Shown: piece by piece, positions 25,243 to 35,345 of the stretch
Numbering within the stretch: position 1 is the first letter of the stretch
How the letters are laid out: the number at the start of each line of letters is the position of its first letter
Source of the DNA: Azolla caroliniana
Taxonomy: Eukaryota > Plantae > Polypodiophyta
NCBI GenBank assembly: GCA_043228905.1
Contig: JBHGNT010000013.1
Location: forward strand, 1,116,001 to 1,180,000
Length of the DNA: 64,000 nt
Direction: 5' to 3'
Translations under genes and position numbers: made by a program
The notes under the pieces: model-generated
Told to the model about the DNA's origin: nothing
Databases searched by the model: none
Seen by the model: only the letters and a program-made list of their open reading frames with translations

Positions 25243-25731
25243 TGTTAACCGTTGTGCCGGAAACACCTTCGATATGCCTACAAGCTATCGGTATCAAGGG
25301 AAGTGTAATCGTGAAGACTGGTGCACGGATGTGTCGTTAGGGGGAGAACACGAAGAGCATACCCGGAATAGAGCCCGAGTCGTATACGTAGTTGAGACCT
25401 TAAAAGCGACGACACATAGATGAAAACAACAAGAGCTATAGATATGTATTACTGCAATAGTTAGCGATGATTACAAAAGAACACGGCCCACAGCCGGTAG
25501 TCTTACAAAGCTCTTATAACTATGAACCGACCTCCCTAGGCTCTGGATATCTCTCCCTTGCCGAGGTACGCAGACCTCGGTTTATATACTTCTTTTCCTT
25601 CATACAACGCTGAGTGGTCGGCTGACTGTGAGGCTCGAAACTCAGCATTTTACCTAATTCTCCCTTACCTACTCGCCCTACTTCCGGCGTATTATATTTA
25701 ACTAATTTCTATTTTTGGCCTATGGACAACA
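25243..25731 (-). repeat. 5' LTR of Gypsy element
   Basis: Followed on the - strand by CAATT-TGGCACGCTCGGT (PBS-like, 25225-25237). TATA box at ~25581-25588 (-). Confidence 0.95.
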
Positions 25732-25954
25732 AATCCCCTCTTGATACTCTCTCTTCTCCACTCCCATTTTCCTCTCATTTATTTTTTCCTTTTTTTCCAT
25801 CCCTCACCATTTTCTCTCCTCTACAACTTGATTGGTTCCCAAGTCATACCCTACTTAAGCAACCAAAAGAAGTCAAGGAAAATTAGGAAACAAAAACATG
25901 TTAAAGAGAATAACTCAAACACCCAAGATTTGCTAATAAATTGAATCATTGCCC

Positions 25955-26793
25955 ACCCAAGATTTGCTAATAAATTGAATCATTGGGCAATGAACAACTT
26001 AAGTATGGTTTCAACGAATGAGGTTTATCATACAATTATTGGGAAACATATGTGGTTAGAAAAAAGGGTAATTAAGGTATGGTATTTTCATAGGCCAACA
26101 ATTTGGTGGAAAAATGTATTCCAGAAGGGTTGGTGTTCACATTTGTCATTTAGAGCCAAGGTGTTTATTTGGAGGATTATGGTTGGTGGATTATCATTGG
26201 GTGATGCTTTATGCAAAAGAAAAATTGCTAGGGTCTTCTGTTTCTTTTGTACGGTGGAAGTAGAGCACAGTCGACATCGATTTATTTCATGTCCTGTTAC
26301 AAAGATGGTTTGGAAATTTATTAATGCAATATGGATGTCCTTGACATGAGTGATAAAATCTCCTTTCAAATGGGTTTTTGCACAAGTGGAATTAGGAGGT
26401 CTTTCACCTTCTTTTCAAATTATTTTGGATTATTTGAGATATTATGGGCTTTGGTTTATTTGGCATATGCGAAATGCTTTTATATTTGATGAACAAAGTG
26501 GAATACACCATTATGTGTTGAGATTGAAAGGGTTCCTTTTATGGCAATTTTCATTGTTGGATATGTCAAGCATATTTAATCATGAAGAGAGACATGTAAG
26601 TTAGTTGGGCATCACATTCGTCATTTGGTCTTATAAGAAAGGTATGGGATGTTTGAGGGACATATTCATGGTTTGTAATGATATGAATATGTATCTCTCT
26701 ATGTAGATACGTAAAGATGACTTACAAGTTGTAATAGTGGTTTTTTTTTACATGCAATTAATATAAGTGTGTGATTTTACCGGGAAAAAAAAA
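25955..26793 (+). mobile_element. L1-like LINE 3' fragment (zf-RVT) with poly(A)
   Basis: RAKVFIWR..CFFCTVEVEHSRHRFISCP..VWK and WFIWHMRN motifs. A-run at 26785-26793. Confidence 0.85.
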
Positions 26794-28539
26794 TTGGGAT
26801 TCGAACCCAACATCAACTTACCACTAGGGTGAGCTAATTTCTAATAACAAAAACGGAAAAAGAGGAAAAAATAAAGGAACTCTAATTTTTCCTTTTAAAA
26901 CGTGTTTGTTTCCAAATGTTTTCAAACGTTTGTATGCTTGCATGAACACGTTTATTACGTTCTATGGAACTTGGGCTCATCAATAGCATCCCAAGGAGAT
27001 ATAATAGAACTAATTATGTATTTACAATGTAGTAATAGCCATATAATATGGGTTGAGATTTAAGTGTCTATGTTACAATATCAGGCATTAAATCATTAAG
27101 TGTTGGGGATGAAATTTTGATTTACTACCCTTGACAAAAACGTGATCAAGCTTGGATTTAATTAAGTGAGTTGTATCTAAACTAATACATATTCCTTGTG
27201 TTATATGATGGAATACAAACTTTTGACATGATTTGTGCGTGTCTTATTTCTTTTAATGTCTTCAAACGTGTTATTTAAAAAAGTGTAACAAAATTGTATT
27301 ATAAACTCATGAAGACATTGACATAGACTAGTTTGAACACTTACAAGTGATTGAGGCAACAATATACAAGCAATGTCAATGGTGGAAAATATGATTCTAT
27401 TCAACATAATGATGATGAAGGCCATGGTGATGGCATGGGTTAGTTTCTTGACGATTGGTTTGAAAATGTTGAACATGTTTCTTCTCATGTGCACTACTTT
27501 CTTTGCGAGGAAACAACCAAGAAAATTGTACCATGGATGTGCACTAACATGACTTGGGACACTAGTGGAACCATTAAAGAGAATAAACCCACCCTTGGTT
27601 AGACCAGAGAAACATTGGATGGTTAGAACTCAATAATCATGGCAACAATCAATTCAACCTTATGTTGAATTTGGCACCAACACAAAGACATGAAGAGGTT
27701 GAGTTGTTGCTTCAATGTAATTATATCCAAATTGTGAATTCCATTAAACAGAATTGCCAAATAGTAAGGCCTAAGGAAACATCCATCACAACGTGAATGT
27801 GTTCCCCCAATATGTATCTCGTACTTAGGCCTCCAACACCACCATTAAATGGGTGTAGCTACGGTTCTTACTACTATAGACTCAATTCATGCCTGTGGCG
27901 TCTAGGCTCAAGGTTTAGGTTAGATCTCGGATCCATTCCTTAGAAAGAAGTTTATGTTTTCCCATGATCAAAGATCCATCTGAGCGTATCTGCTCATCTC
28001 TCCTTCTCTACCATGCGATGATTTCGATGGATAATACATATGTATGGGTAATGCATTTTTGTATGCTGTTTCTCGACCTGTCTTCACAATGTGTTTTATC
28101 CTGTAGAGATTTAGGGTTTATTTGCAAGTGTGTTTATCTAATCTGGAACACTTTGTTGGTAACTCATATGTATATACAGTATATATCATCAATACAACAA
28201 AATCCTTTGATATCACATAGAGAGAGAAAAAAAACAGAGTAGAAAGAAGGGGCTTTTTACAAACAAGAAGAAAGAAAAGAAAAGACAGTAAAAGAAGAAG
28301 AAAACGTGCATTGGAGGCGACTCGACGTAGTACTGAAAACCACAGAGATGTTTTCCCCCCTGCCTGCGACGTGCAATGAACGTGCAGACGACCCAGAACA
28401 TATCTTCTTCTTCTTCTTCTTCTTCTTCTTCTTCTTCCTTTTCTATCACACACAATCCTCTGCATCGGTTCCAGGTTAAACAAGGTAAAGCCATCCATCC
28501 ATTCCCTCATCATGTTTCCGTTTTGGTTTTCTTCCAATG

Positions 28540-28785
28540 ATTCCGTTTAGTATATGAATTCTCATTTGGGTTCCTGCCAAGGACTATTTAGTTTATACAT
28601 TCTCATTTGGGGTTTCTTTCATTCATGGGATTTAGTATATGAACTCAAATTTTGGGTTTTTTCCATTCATATGATTTAGTATATGAATTCTCATTTTAGG
28701 TTTCTTCGAGTGATCTGATTTAGCATATGAATTCTCATTTTAGGTTTCTTCCATTGATGTGATTTACCATATGAACCTCATTCGG
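28540..28785. repeat. Degenerate ~40-bp tandem repeat (TTTAGTATATGAATTCTCATTT core), about 6 copies, in the probable 5'UTR intron
   Basis: Core motif recurs at ~40-bp spacing, between a putative donor (~28475) and acceptor (~29044). Confidence 0.7.
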
Positions 28786-29066
28786 GAAAAGCATTTAGAT
28801 CCTCATAGGATTTGATTCTCAATGTGCATCCATGATGTACATGCATATGATCCACATAAACATGTACATGTTACTGCATAATATATTCATACATGTTATC
28901 ATCAGTTACTATCGAGTGAGAAATCTGTTAATGGTTCTGAAATTGTGCATTTTGATTCTCACAAGACAAAGCACAGTGGGTTTACATAATTGATTATATC
29001 TAGGGGATAGTATGTGATTGTTTTATGGTTTGGTTATGATCAAGGATCAATGCGACTTGTTGTTAC

Positions 29067-30845
29067 ATGCAGTTGATGAAGCGAATGAACATAGTGGGGT
29101 GTTCTACCATCATTTGCACATGCCTACTCTTGCAGGCTGGATGGAGTCCTGTAGAGAGTTATCAGAAACAGGGATCTGGTCTCACACACTTAGAGCTCGA
29201 TCCTGGCAGTTCTTGGAGAAAAATGCTACAAGAAAATGGCTCCATCACCAAAGATGAAACAGAGAAAGTGGAGACAAAAACAGTGAGCAAGGATTTCCAA
29301 CTAGAAAATAGCACTATTCTGGAAAATCAATCAAATATAGCACCCATTGAAGTGGCAACAACTGAAAAAGGAAAGATAAAGTCGAGACTATCTCAGCCAG
29401 AAGTGGTCAACAAACAGAAGGCCAAATCTGAGACCAAGGTTGATAATACAACTACCGAGTCTTTGACAGTTGAATCAAACACTAATGTAACTACTATAGA
29501 GCCTCATAAAGAAGATGTTAAGATGGAGAAGATTCCTAAAGAGGCCAACAATCAAACTTGGGTAACACCTTTAGATGTTGTTGGAATTCAACAAGCTGAA
29601 AAGGTTGACATTGAGGCGAGAAATGGATCTAGATTAGATGAGAAAATAGCGCAGAAGGCTGATATCATCCATTTTGAGATCGGAGAGAAGAACAGAACCG
29701 AAGCACTAGGAAAGAGAGTTGAAGAAGAAGCAGCTCAAAAACAAGAACATGTGAAAGAGGAGAGAGCTGTGGGAGATGAGGTTAGGCCTAAAGAGGAGAT
29801 TATCAAAATGGTAGAGAATGAGATTGAGCTAGAATCGCAAACAAAGGAAGTCAGTCGAAACACTAGTGAAGTGGAGAATGAAAATATAGATGGTGATGAT
29901 GATGATAAGGAGAAGAGGCAACAAAATGAAGAGGAAGAAGAAGATGTTGTAAATACCCTAATGTTGAATGAGAATGAAAGTCATGAACACGATAGAGACC
30001 AGATGACCGATGAAGAAGCTCAAGAAGATATCGAAACAAAACTGCAAGAATTGAAAAGAGGGAATGATTTTGAACCCATGCGGGAAACGAATCCGGAAAC
30101 GAATTCCATGGATGATGAAGATGAGAGTTACGATATAATGCAAGAAATTGTCGACTTTCCGAGCACACTCCAAGAAACGGCCGGAAAAGTGGCCGACCAC
30201 TTGCGCCCGGATGTGCAAAAGTGGTCCGAAACCTCCAAGGTCTATTTCGATCTCGCGAACCAACAAATAACGGAAAGCTTCTCCCCATTGGTCGGGAAAG
30301 AATATGCACCCACCATTGCAACATGTATCTCGTATGGCCTCTTGTTCCTGCCATTGGGGATAGTTATTATCCTTTTCGATCATATCCGAGCATTGTTGTC
30401 ATTGCAAAAGTTCTTGCACTTTGTCAATATCTATCTCACCGCGTATTTCGCTACCCTTTGGTTCATGTCTTTCGTCATCGGCCTCGAACCCATGGCCTTC
30501 GTCTTTGCGAACAACTTGTCGGGATATCTCTCTCTTCAGTTCTTCCAAGCTTTGGGTTACTTGTTATACCTCATAATGCAAACCTTAAATACTATCGCTT
30601 CTTGCAAATCCGACACATTGCTGGGGAAAATGACCTCCTCACTTCAATGGTTTGTCACAGTTCTGGTTGGTCTTCATTACTATGTCCTGGTTTTCCATCC
30701 TGCTGTTTCTTTGAAACCACCTCGTATTACTTGGAAAATCTATGTGGTCTATTGTCTTACTTTCGCCATCCTATGCCTCTTTCCTAGGATAAGATGGATC
30801 AAGAGGCAATACATCAGTAAGGATGGTGTAAACAAGAAGTGTTAA
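29067..30845 (+). CDS. Uncharacterised plant membrane protein (signal peptide, long acidic ectodomain, ~5 C-terminal TM helices), 592 aa
   Basis: Intact single-exon ORF with an N-terminal hydrophobic signal. The conserved C-terminus (SLQKFL..YF..GLEP..GLHYY..VFH..PP..W..Y) resembles an angiosperm family recalled as AT4G39840-like (unverified). Confidence 0.85.
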   Translation: MQLMKRMNIVGCSTIICTCLLLQAGWSPVESYQKQGSGLTHLELDPGSSWRKMLQENGSITKDETEKVETKTVSKDFQLENSTILENQSNIAPIEVATTEKGKIKSRLSQPEVVNKQKAKSETKVDNTTTESLTVESNTNVTTIEPHKEDVKMEKIPKEANNQTWVTPLDVVGIQQAEKVDIEARNGSRLDEKIAQKADIIHFEIGEKNRTEALGKRVEEEAAQKQEHVKEERAVGDEVRPKEEIIKMVENEIELESQTKEVSRNTSEVENENIDGDDDDKEKRQQNEEEEEDVVNTLMLNENESHEHDRDQMTDEEAQEDIETKLQELKRGNDFEPMRETNPETNSMDDEDESYDIMQEIVDFPSTLQETAGKVADHLRPDVQKWSETSKVYFDLANQQITESFSPLVGKEYAPTIATCISYGLLFLPLGIVIILFDHIRALLSLQKFLHFVNIYLTAYFATLWFMSFVIGLEPMAFVFANNLSGYLSLQFFQALGYLLYLIMQTLNTIASCKSDTLLGKMTSSLQWFVTVLVGLHYYVLVFHPAVSLKPPRITWKIYVVYCLTFAILCLFPRIRWIKRQYISKDGVNKKC

Positions 30846-32485
30846 ACTTTTATCCTTAAATTATTATGTAAAAAATGGTGTCAATCTTTAATATAATCCA
30901 ATGCAAACTTTTGGAAATTTTTCCCTACGAGAAAATTTTGTGCTTTCCAAAACCTTACCACAACAATTACAATGGAAGTATTAGAAATTTTAAGAGTACA
31001 TATCACCACTTGTGTTTGTACCTTTGTTGTTGGTATGTACTATGTAAAAGTATTGTGTTCAAAGCCAACATAAACCCTTGAAAAACGTGCTTTGATACAA
31101 AATTGATGCATGGTGAATATCTCAATGAAAACTTAGAAGAAAAATAACATAACGAAAAAAAAAGATATGGTTAAATTTGTTGGGATGTTTGCATTACCTC
31201 TTGTTCTTGTATTTCAATTCTTGATAATTTCGTAGCATTGTGCTGGTTTTCTTTGACCTTTTGGAGCCTTTCTCATAAAAAGGTGTTAAAGCTTGCTTCA
31301 TGATATTCTCAAATATTCTCAAACCTTCTCCAAGTAGAAGGATTTATGGTTGGCTTCCACTATGAGACTTCTATTATGTCCTACAAGACTAGAAAATTTT
31401 GCAGTTGTCTATGTGGATAGCAAACAAGATGTGATTGTTTTCTTAATTTGCATGACCTTTCTTGAGCATTACTTGTTGTTGTACCATCATTAAGGTAGGA
31501 TATGAAAGCTAATCAAGTATCTTGTTAATAAGTGAAGGTCAAATTATGATTGTCATTAGGGATGGTTGATACAAAAATTTCCACAAAGTTTTCAATAGTG
31601 TTGTATGATAAAATGTTTTCAATCCTTGGGGAACGCAACGTTATTAGTTGGTGGAGAAGGTTGCTCAACATCATTTACTCAAAAAACTAGTGTGCAAGTT
31701 TTGCATAAAAGGAAGCCAAACTCCACGGTGTGAAGTGACAACAAGACAAATGTACAAAAACATTTGAACCCCATTGCCAAGCACTGATGGCTTCGGTAAA
31801 CAATTCAACTAAGAGTCTGATCTGTCATCTACATGCACACTGGTTGGACATTGAAACCCACTTTGGTTGAGACATCCATTAGGAGAAAACAAATAAATAC
31901 TATGAAACATACAAAAACAAATAAAATATTGATCAAGGAAATCGTCACACTCCATGGAACAATTGTGCATCTAGATATATATCATTAGGAAAAGGGGACA
32001 AAACATGTACCAGATAAACACAACCCTTCGTTGAAATTTTGTCCAATAAGATTGAATTCAACCCAATCCAAAGGGGACAATGGCGTGTAGCCAAATAATA
32101 TTAACTCAAAGTAGAACTTATGAAGATATATCTAGAAGAGACAAATATTAAGTAACGGAGTGGAGTGTATGTGAATTTGCCATTACTATAAAGGTTTGTG
32201 AATTGGATTGGATTTAGGGACACCTCAATGATTTGAGGCTTTATAGATCAATAGGTAAAGAAGCAATTATGGATGGAATGTTTTAAAAGCTCTTTATTAC
32301 ATTTGTTTGATGGAGTTACTATATGTAACTCTTCGTCTATTCTACCTTTGACTCTTACGTGAAACTTATACCCTCAAGTAAGTACTAAATTATTGTAAAT
32401 ATACTTAGTCAATGGGTCGATTACAAAAACTGGCATCAACGCACCTTAATTCCTCATCAACAATGAATTGTTTCTCTATATAGTT

Positions 32486-32818
32486 TTTTTTTAACCAAAA
32501 AAACTTTGCTTCGCATTAGTTAGCAAACAAAATACATCAAAGTTCAAACATTAAGATCCACAAGGCCTAACGTTCGAGGGATTGAACTATCCAACAACTC
32601 CCAAAATAGCAACAATTTCAACAAAACTCACTTTATCCTTCCCCCCACAAATTTGGTCATAAATCCCCACCCCCTACAGAATTATCCCACCTACACTTTT
32701 ACAACAAAGTTATCCGATTACCACAACTATGGTAACTTACTTGTACCACAACTATACATATTTACATCTCTTGTCCACTAATGGGAACCATTGGCGGAAA
32801 CAGCCACCTAGGTGCTTG
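32486..32818 (-). mobile_element. 5'-truncated non-LTR retroposon insertion
   Basis: Flanked by the 16-bp direct repeat GTTTCTCTATATAGTT (32470-32485 and 32819-32834). T-run (poly(A) on the - strand) at the left end. Confidence 0.7.
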
Positions 32819-33129
32819 GTTTCTCTATATAGTTAACTTTGAGCTAGCCCATTTCCATGCATCATAATTTTCAAATATTTCTAGTGATTTTCAACTTGAA
32901 AGGGTAGTCTTAGTGATTCCAAAGTGTCTAAGACTAAATAGATACCGATTTGAGGATAGGTGTTATAAGGCTAGTCATTAAATTCAAACATGCAATTTAG
33001 TTTTTCAATCAAGGAACTATTATGGGTGCAATGATTCTCGGTTTAGTCGTGTGGAATGTCATTAATAGAGGTGACAAGTTTGTTGTTTTTTGTGTAGATC
33101 GGTTTGTTTACTACTTACATATTGATTTC

Positions 33130-34086
33130 CAACTATGGCACTAGCTCGGGAAATATGGGTTGAAGGTACAAGAGGTTGGACAAGTTATGAATCTTGCATT
33201 GGAAAAAGGCAGAGAAAGGTATATAAAGACTGAGAAGATGGGCAGGATGAAGAGAAACCAGGTTTTTTGGCAATGTTTAAGCCGATGTTTACAGCCTTAT
33301 TTATCTTAAAATTGCCAGAGCTACAAGAAGACTACGGCCAAGAAGCGGCAGATTACCTCAATAGCTTGATTGGAGAGAGGGGATTTTTACTGCCAAAGTG
33401 GTAGAAAAGGACACATCACATGGGAAAGTTAAAGGCCAAGGAACGGGCACAAAACTGAGTGTTATTCTGTATGAGATTGAGCCATTTGAATCTGTCTTAT
33501 TCTATATGAGATTGAGCCATTTTTTGTAGGAGATTGAAGAAAAGCAGATGGGATGCCAAAGAGAAACTACTTGAGTCTGTGATGAATACCCAATTTTTTT
33601 CAAGGAAAAGAAGGAGGTGGATGTATTATGTGGATTTCATTATGGGTTTTGATTTGTTCTATGGCTGTTTGATTTGTTCCATGGCTGCGTCATCGAGATG
33701 TCTCCAAAACATCTTACATTTTCAGCATATGATCCCATAGAATATAAATCAATGGTAGTGGCAAAGAAGTTAAATGGCAGAGAATGGTTCTGGTTGGACA
33801 ATGTCCCACATGTTCAAGCAAAGGTGAATGGAAAAGAGGTGATAAAGAGGCTTATTCGTGCTAAAGTGGAGGCCTTCTCAAGGTTTATATGTGGTCTTAT
33901 AGCTCGACGTAGCAATGGAATTTTCTCAAGGTTTATATGTGCTCTGCTAGCAAAGGTGTTATTGGCAACAATGTAGTTTTTTGATAATATGTATTTGTGC
34001 AGAGGAAACAATATTATGTACTATTTGTATATTGCCTTTGGCTTTTTATTAATACCAATGGAGTATATTTTTATGGAAAAAAAAAA
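33130..34086 (+). mobile_element. Probable degenerate LINE 3' remnant
   Basis: Trp-rich broken coding-like sequence ending in an A-run (~34077-34086). No diagnostic motif intact. Confidence 0.4.
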
Positions 34087-34857
34087 TGGGTTTAAGGTCT
34101 AATCTCAATAATAAATATGACGAGTTTTGTTATGGTAAAAAAAACATCCCAATTTAACCACAATGCGTTCATGGGAGCATATAAGTGGAGTGTGGTGATG
34201 ATGAACTTTATTGTCAACTTTTGTTTATTTACAACTTATTATCAATATGTGAAGAATGGCACAAAAAAGCAATAAGAACCTTAAGGAAATCCTCCTTTAT
34301 AAAAAGCAATAACACACAAACATGTTCACAAAATCTTTGAAAAAGAAAGTTACTCTCCTACGAGAGGTCAGGGAAAAAAGAACCAATAAAGTATGATCGA
34401 ACATTCTGGCACTAAGGTCTAAGGCCTACTACATTGCTCCTTGTTTTTACCTTTTTTGGATTGATCAAATGTTAGGTAGCTCCATTAAGTTTGCTTGTTT
34501 ACTTTTACTTGGGTTTGACGATGTCATCATTTCAAGATATCCATTGACATTTTCAGCCTTGGAGAAGTTGGAGGGAGAATCCAAAGTCATTCTATCATGT
34601 CATTATTCATACATCATCCAACACAACAAAAAGACAAACCTTGGAAAAAAATAAAGGACACGTGATGACAAAGCCGAGAGCAGCACGAATTTTAAGCAAC
34701 CTCGAACATGCAAAACTCAAAATACATTGTCCATCTTTTTTCTAGCATTGTAGGTCCAGATCATTACCAATGTGCGATTATAACATCAATTCATGAAAAT
34801 GCAAAAAGGCCTATATAAATACATGCTTTGAACATGAGTTTTTTGGCATAAAATCAT

Positions 34858-35345
34858 AACAAATATCCCATGAGGGAAGATGAATAAAAATCTTAACAAT
34901 TTTTTAACGTGTTGACGCATAAGGTCCTCAATGATACTCTCTACAAAGAGATGGATTAGCCCCCAAAAAAAATTTTAGTATAGAATCAGAACAAATATCC
35001 CAAGAGGCAAGATAAATAAAAATCTTAACAAATTTTTTATGTGTCGATGCATATGGTCTTCAACGATCTATCAACGATACGCTCTACAAAGAGATAGATT
35101 AGCCTCCCACGAGTTATTCAGTATAAAATCAGAACAAATATCTCACAAGCAAAGATAAATAAACTTCTTAACAAGTTTTTTATGTGTCCACACATATGGT
35201 CCTGAACGATACTCCCGACAAAGACATGAATTGGCAAGTTCAAGTTCTATTCCACTTTTGATTCCACTTAACTATGCCAGTTCTATGCCACTTTTGATTC
35301 TTCACTATGCAAGTTCTATTCCACTTTTGATTCTTCACAATGTGA
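34858..35345. repeat. Three ~135-bp tandem repeats followed by ~31-bp tandem repeats
   Basis: AACAAATATC..AAGAT..AATAAA..CTTAACAA units start at 34858, 34990 and 35132. AGTTCTATTCCACTTTTGATTC occurs 3 times at 35240-35345. Confidence 0.8.

Larger units (their letters stand above)
16692..25731 (-). mobile_element. Full-length non-chromoviral Ty3/Gypsy LTR retrotransposon (Athila/Tat/Phygy/Selgy-like) with extra 3' ORF
   Basis: LTRs 16692-17180 and 25243-25731 (489 bp, about 23 substitutions by eye count). Perfect TSD AATCC (16687-16691 / 25732-25736). gag-PR-RT-RH-IN and the TATA box (GTATATAAAC) are on the - strand. Confidence 0.95.

Noticed and set aside
16692-25731. Reading the Gypsy as a + strand element with an inverted interior
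   Set aside because: The LTR TATA and poly(A)-type signals point to the - strand like the ORFs, and there is no PPT before the right LTR on + either. Not fully excluded without sister copies.
26795-26840. tRNA-like B-box GGGTTCGAATCCC on the - strand
   Set aside because: Too short for a cloverleaf, with no anticodon arm. At most a SINE/tRNA scrap.
27900-27925. Telomere-like TTTAGG motifs (also ~38302-38390, 40021, 44478)
   Set aside because: Only one or two degenerate units each, not an interstitial telomeric array.
31200-31980. Possible decayed transposase (also 27100-27960 and 42300-43400)
   Set aside because: Coding-like composition, but no motif I could assign in any frame.
35240-35345. 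CRISPR-like short repeats
   Set aside because: Eukaryotic context, contiguous tandem units without unique spacers, and no cas genes.
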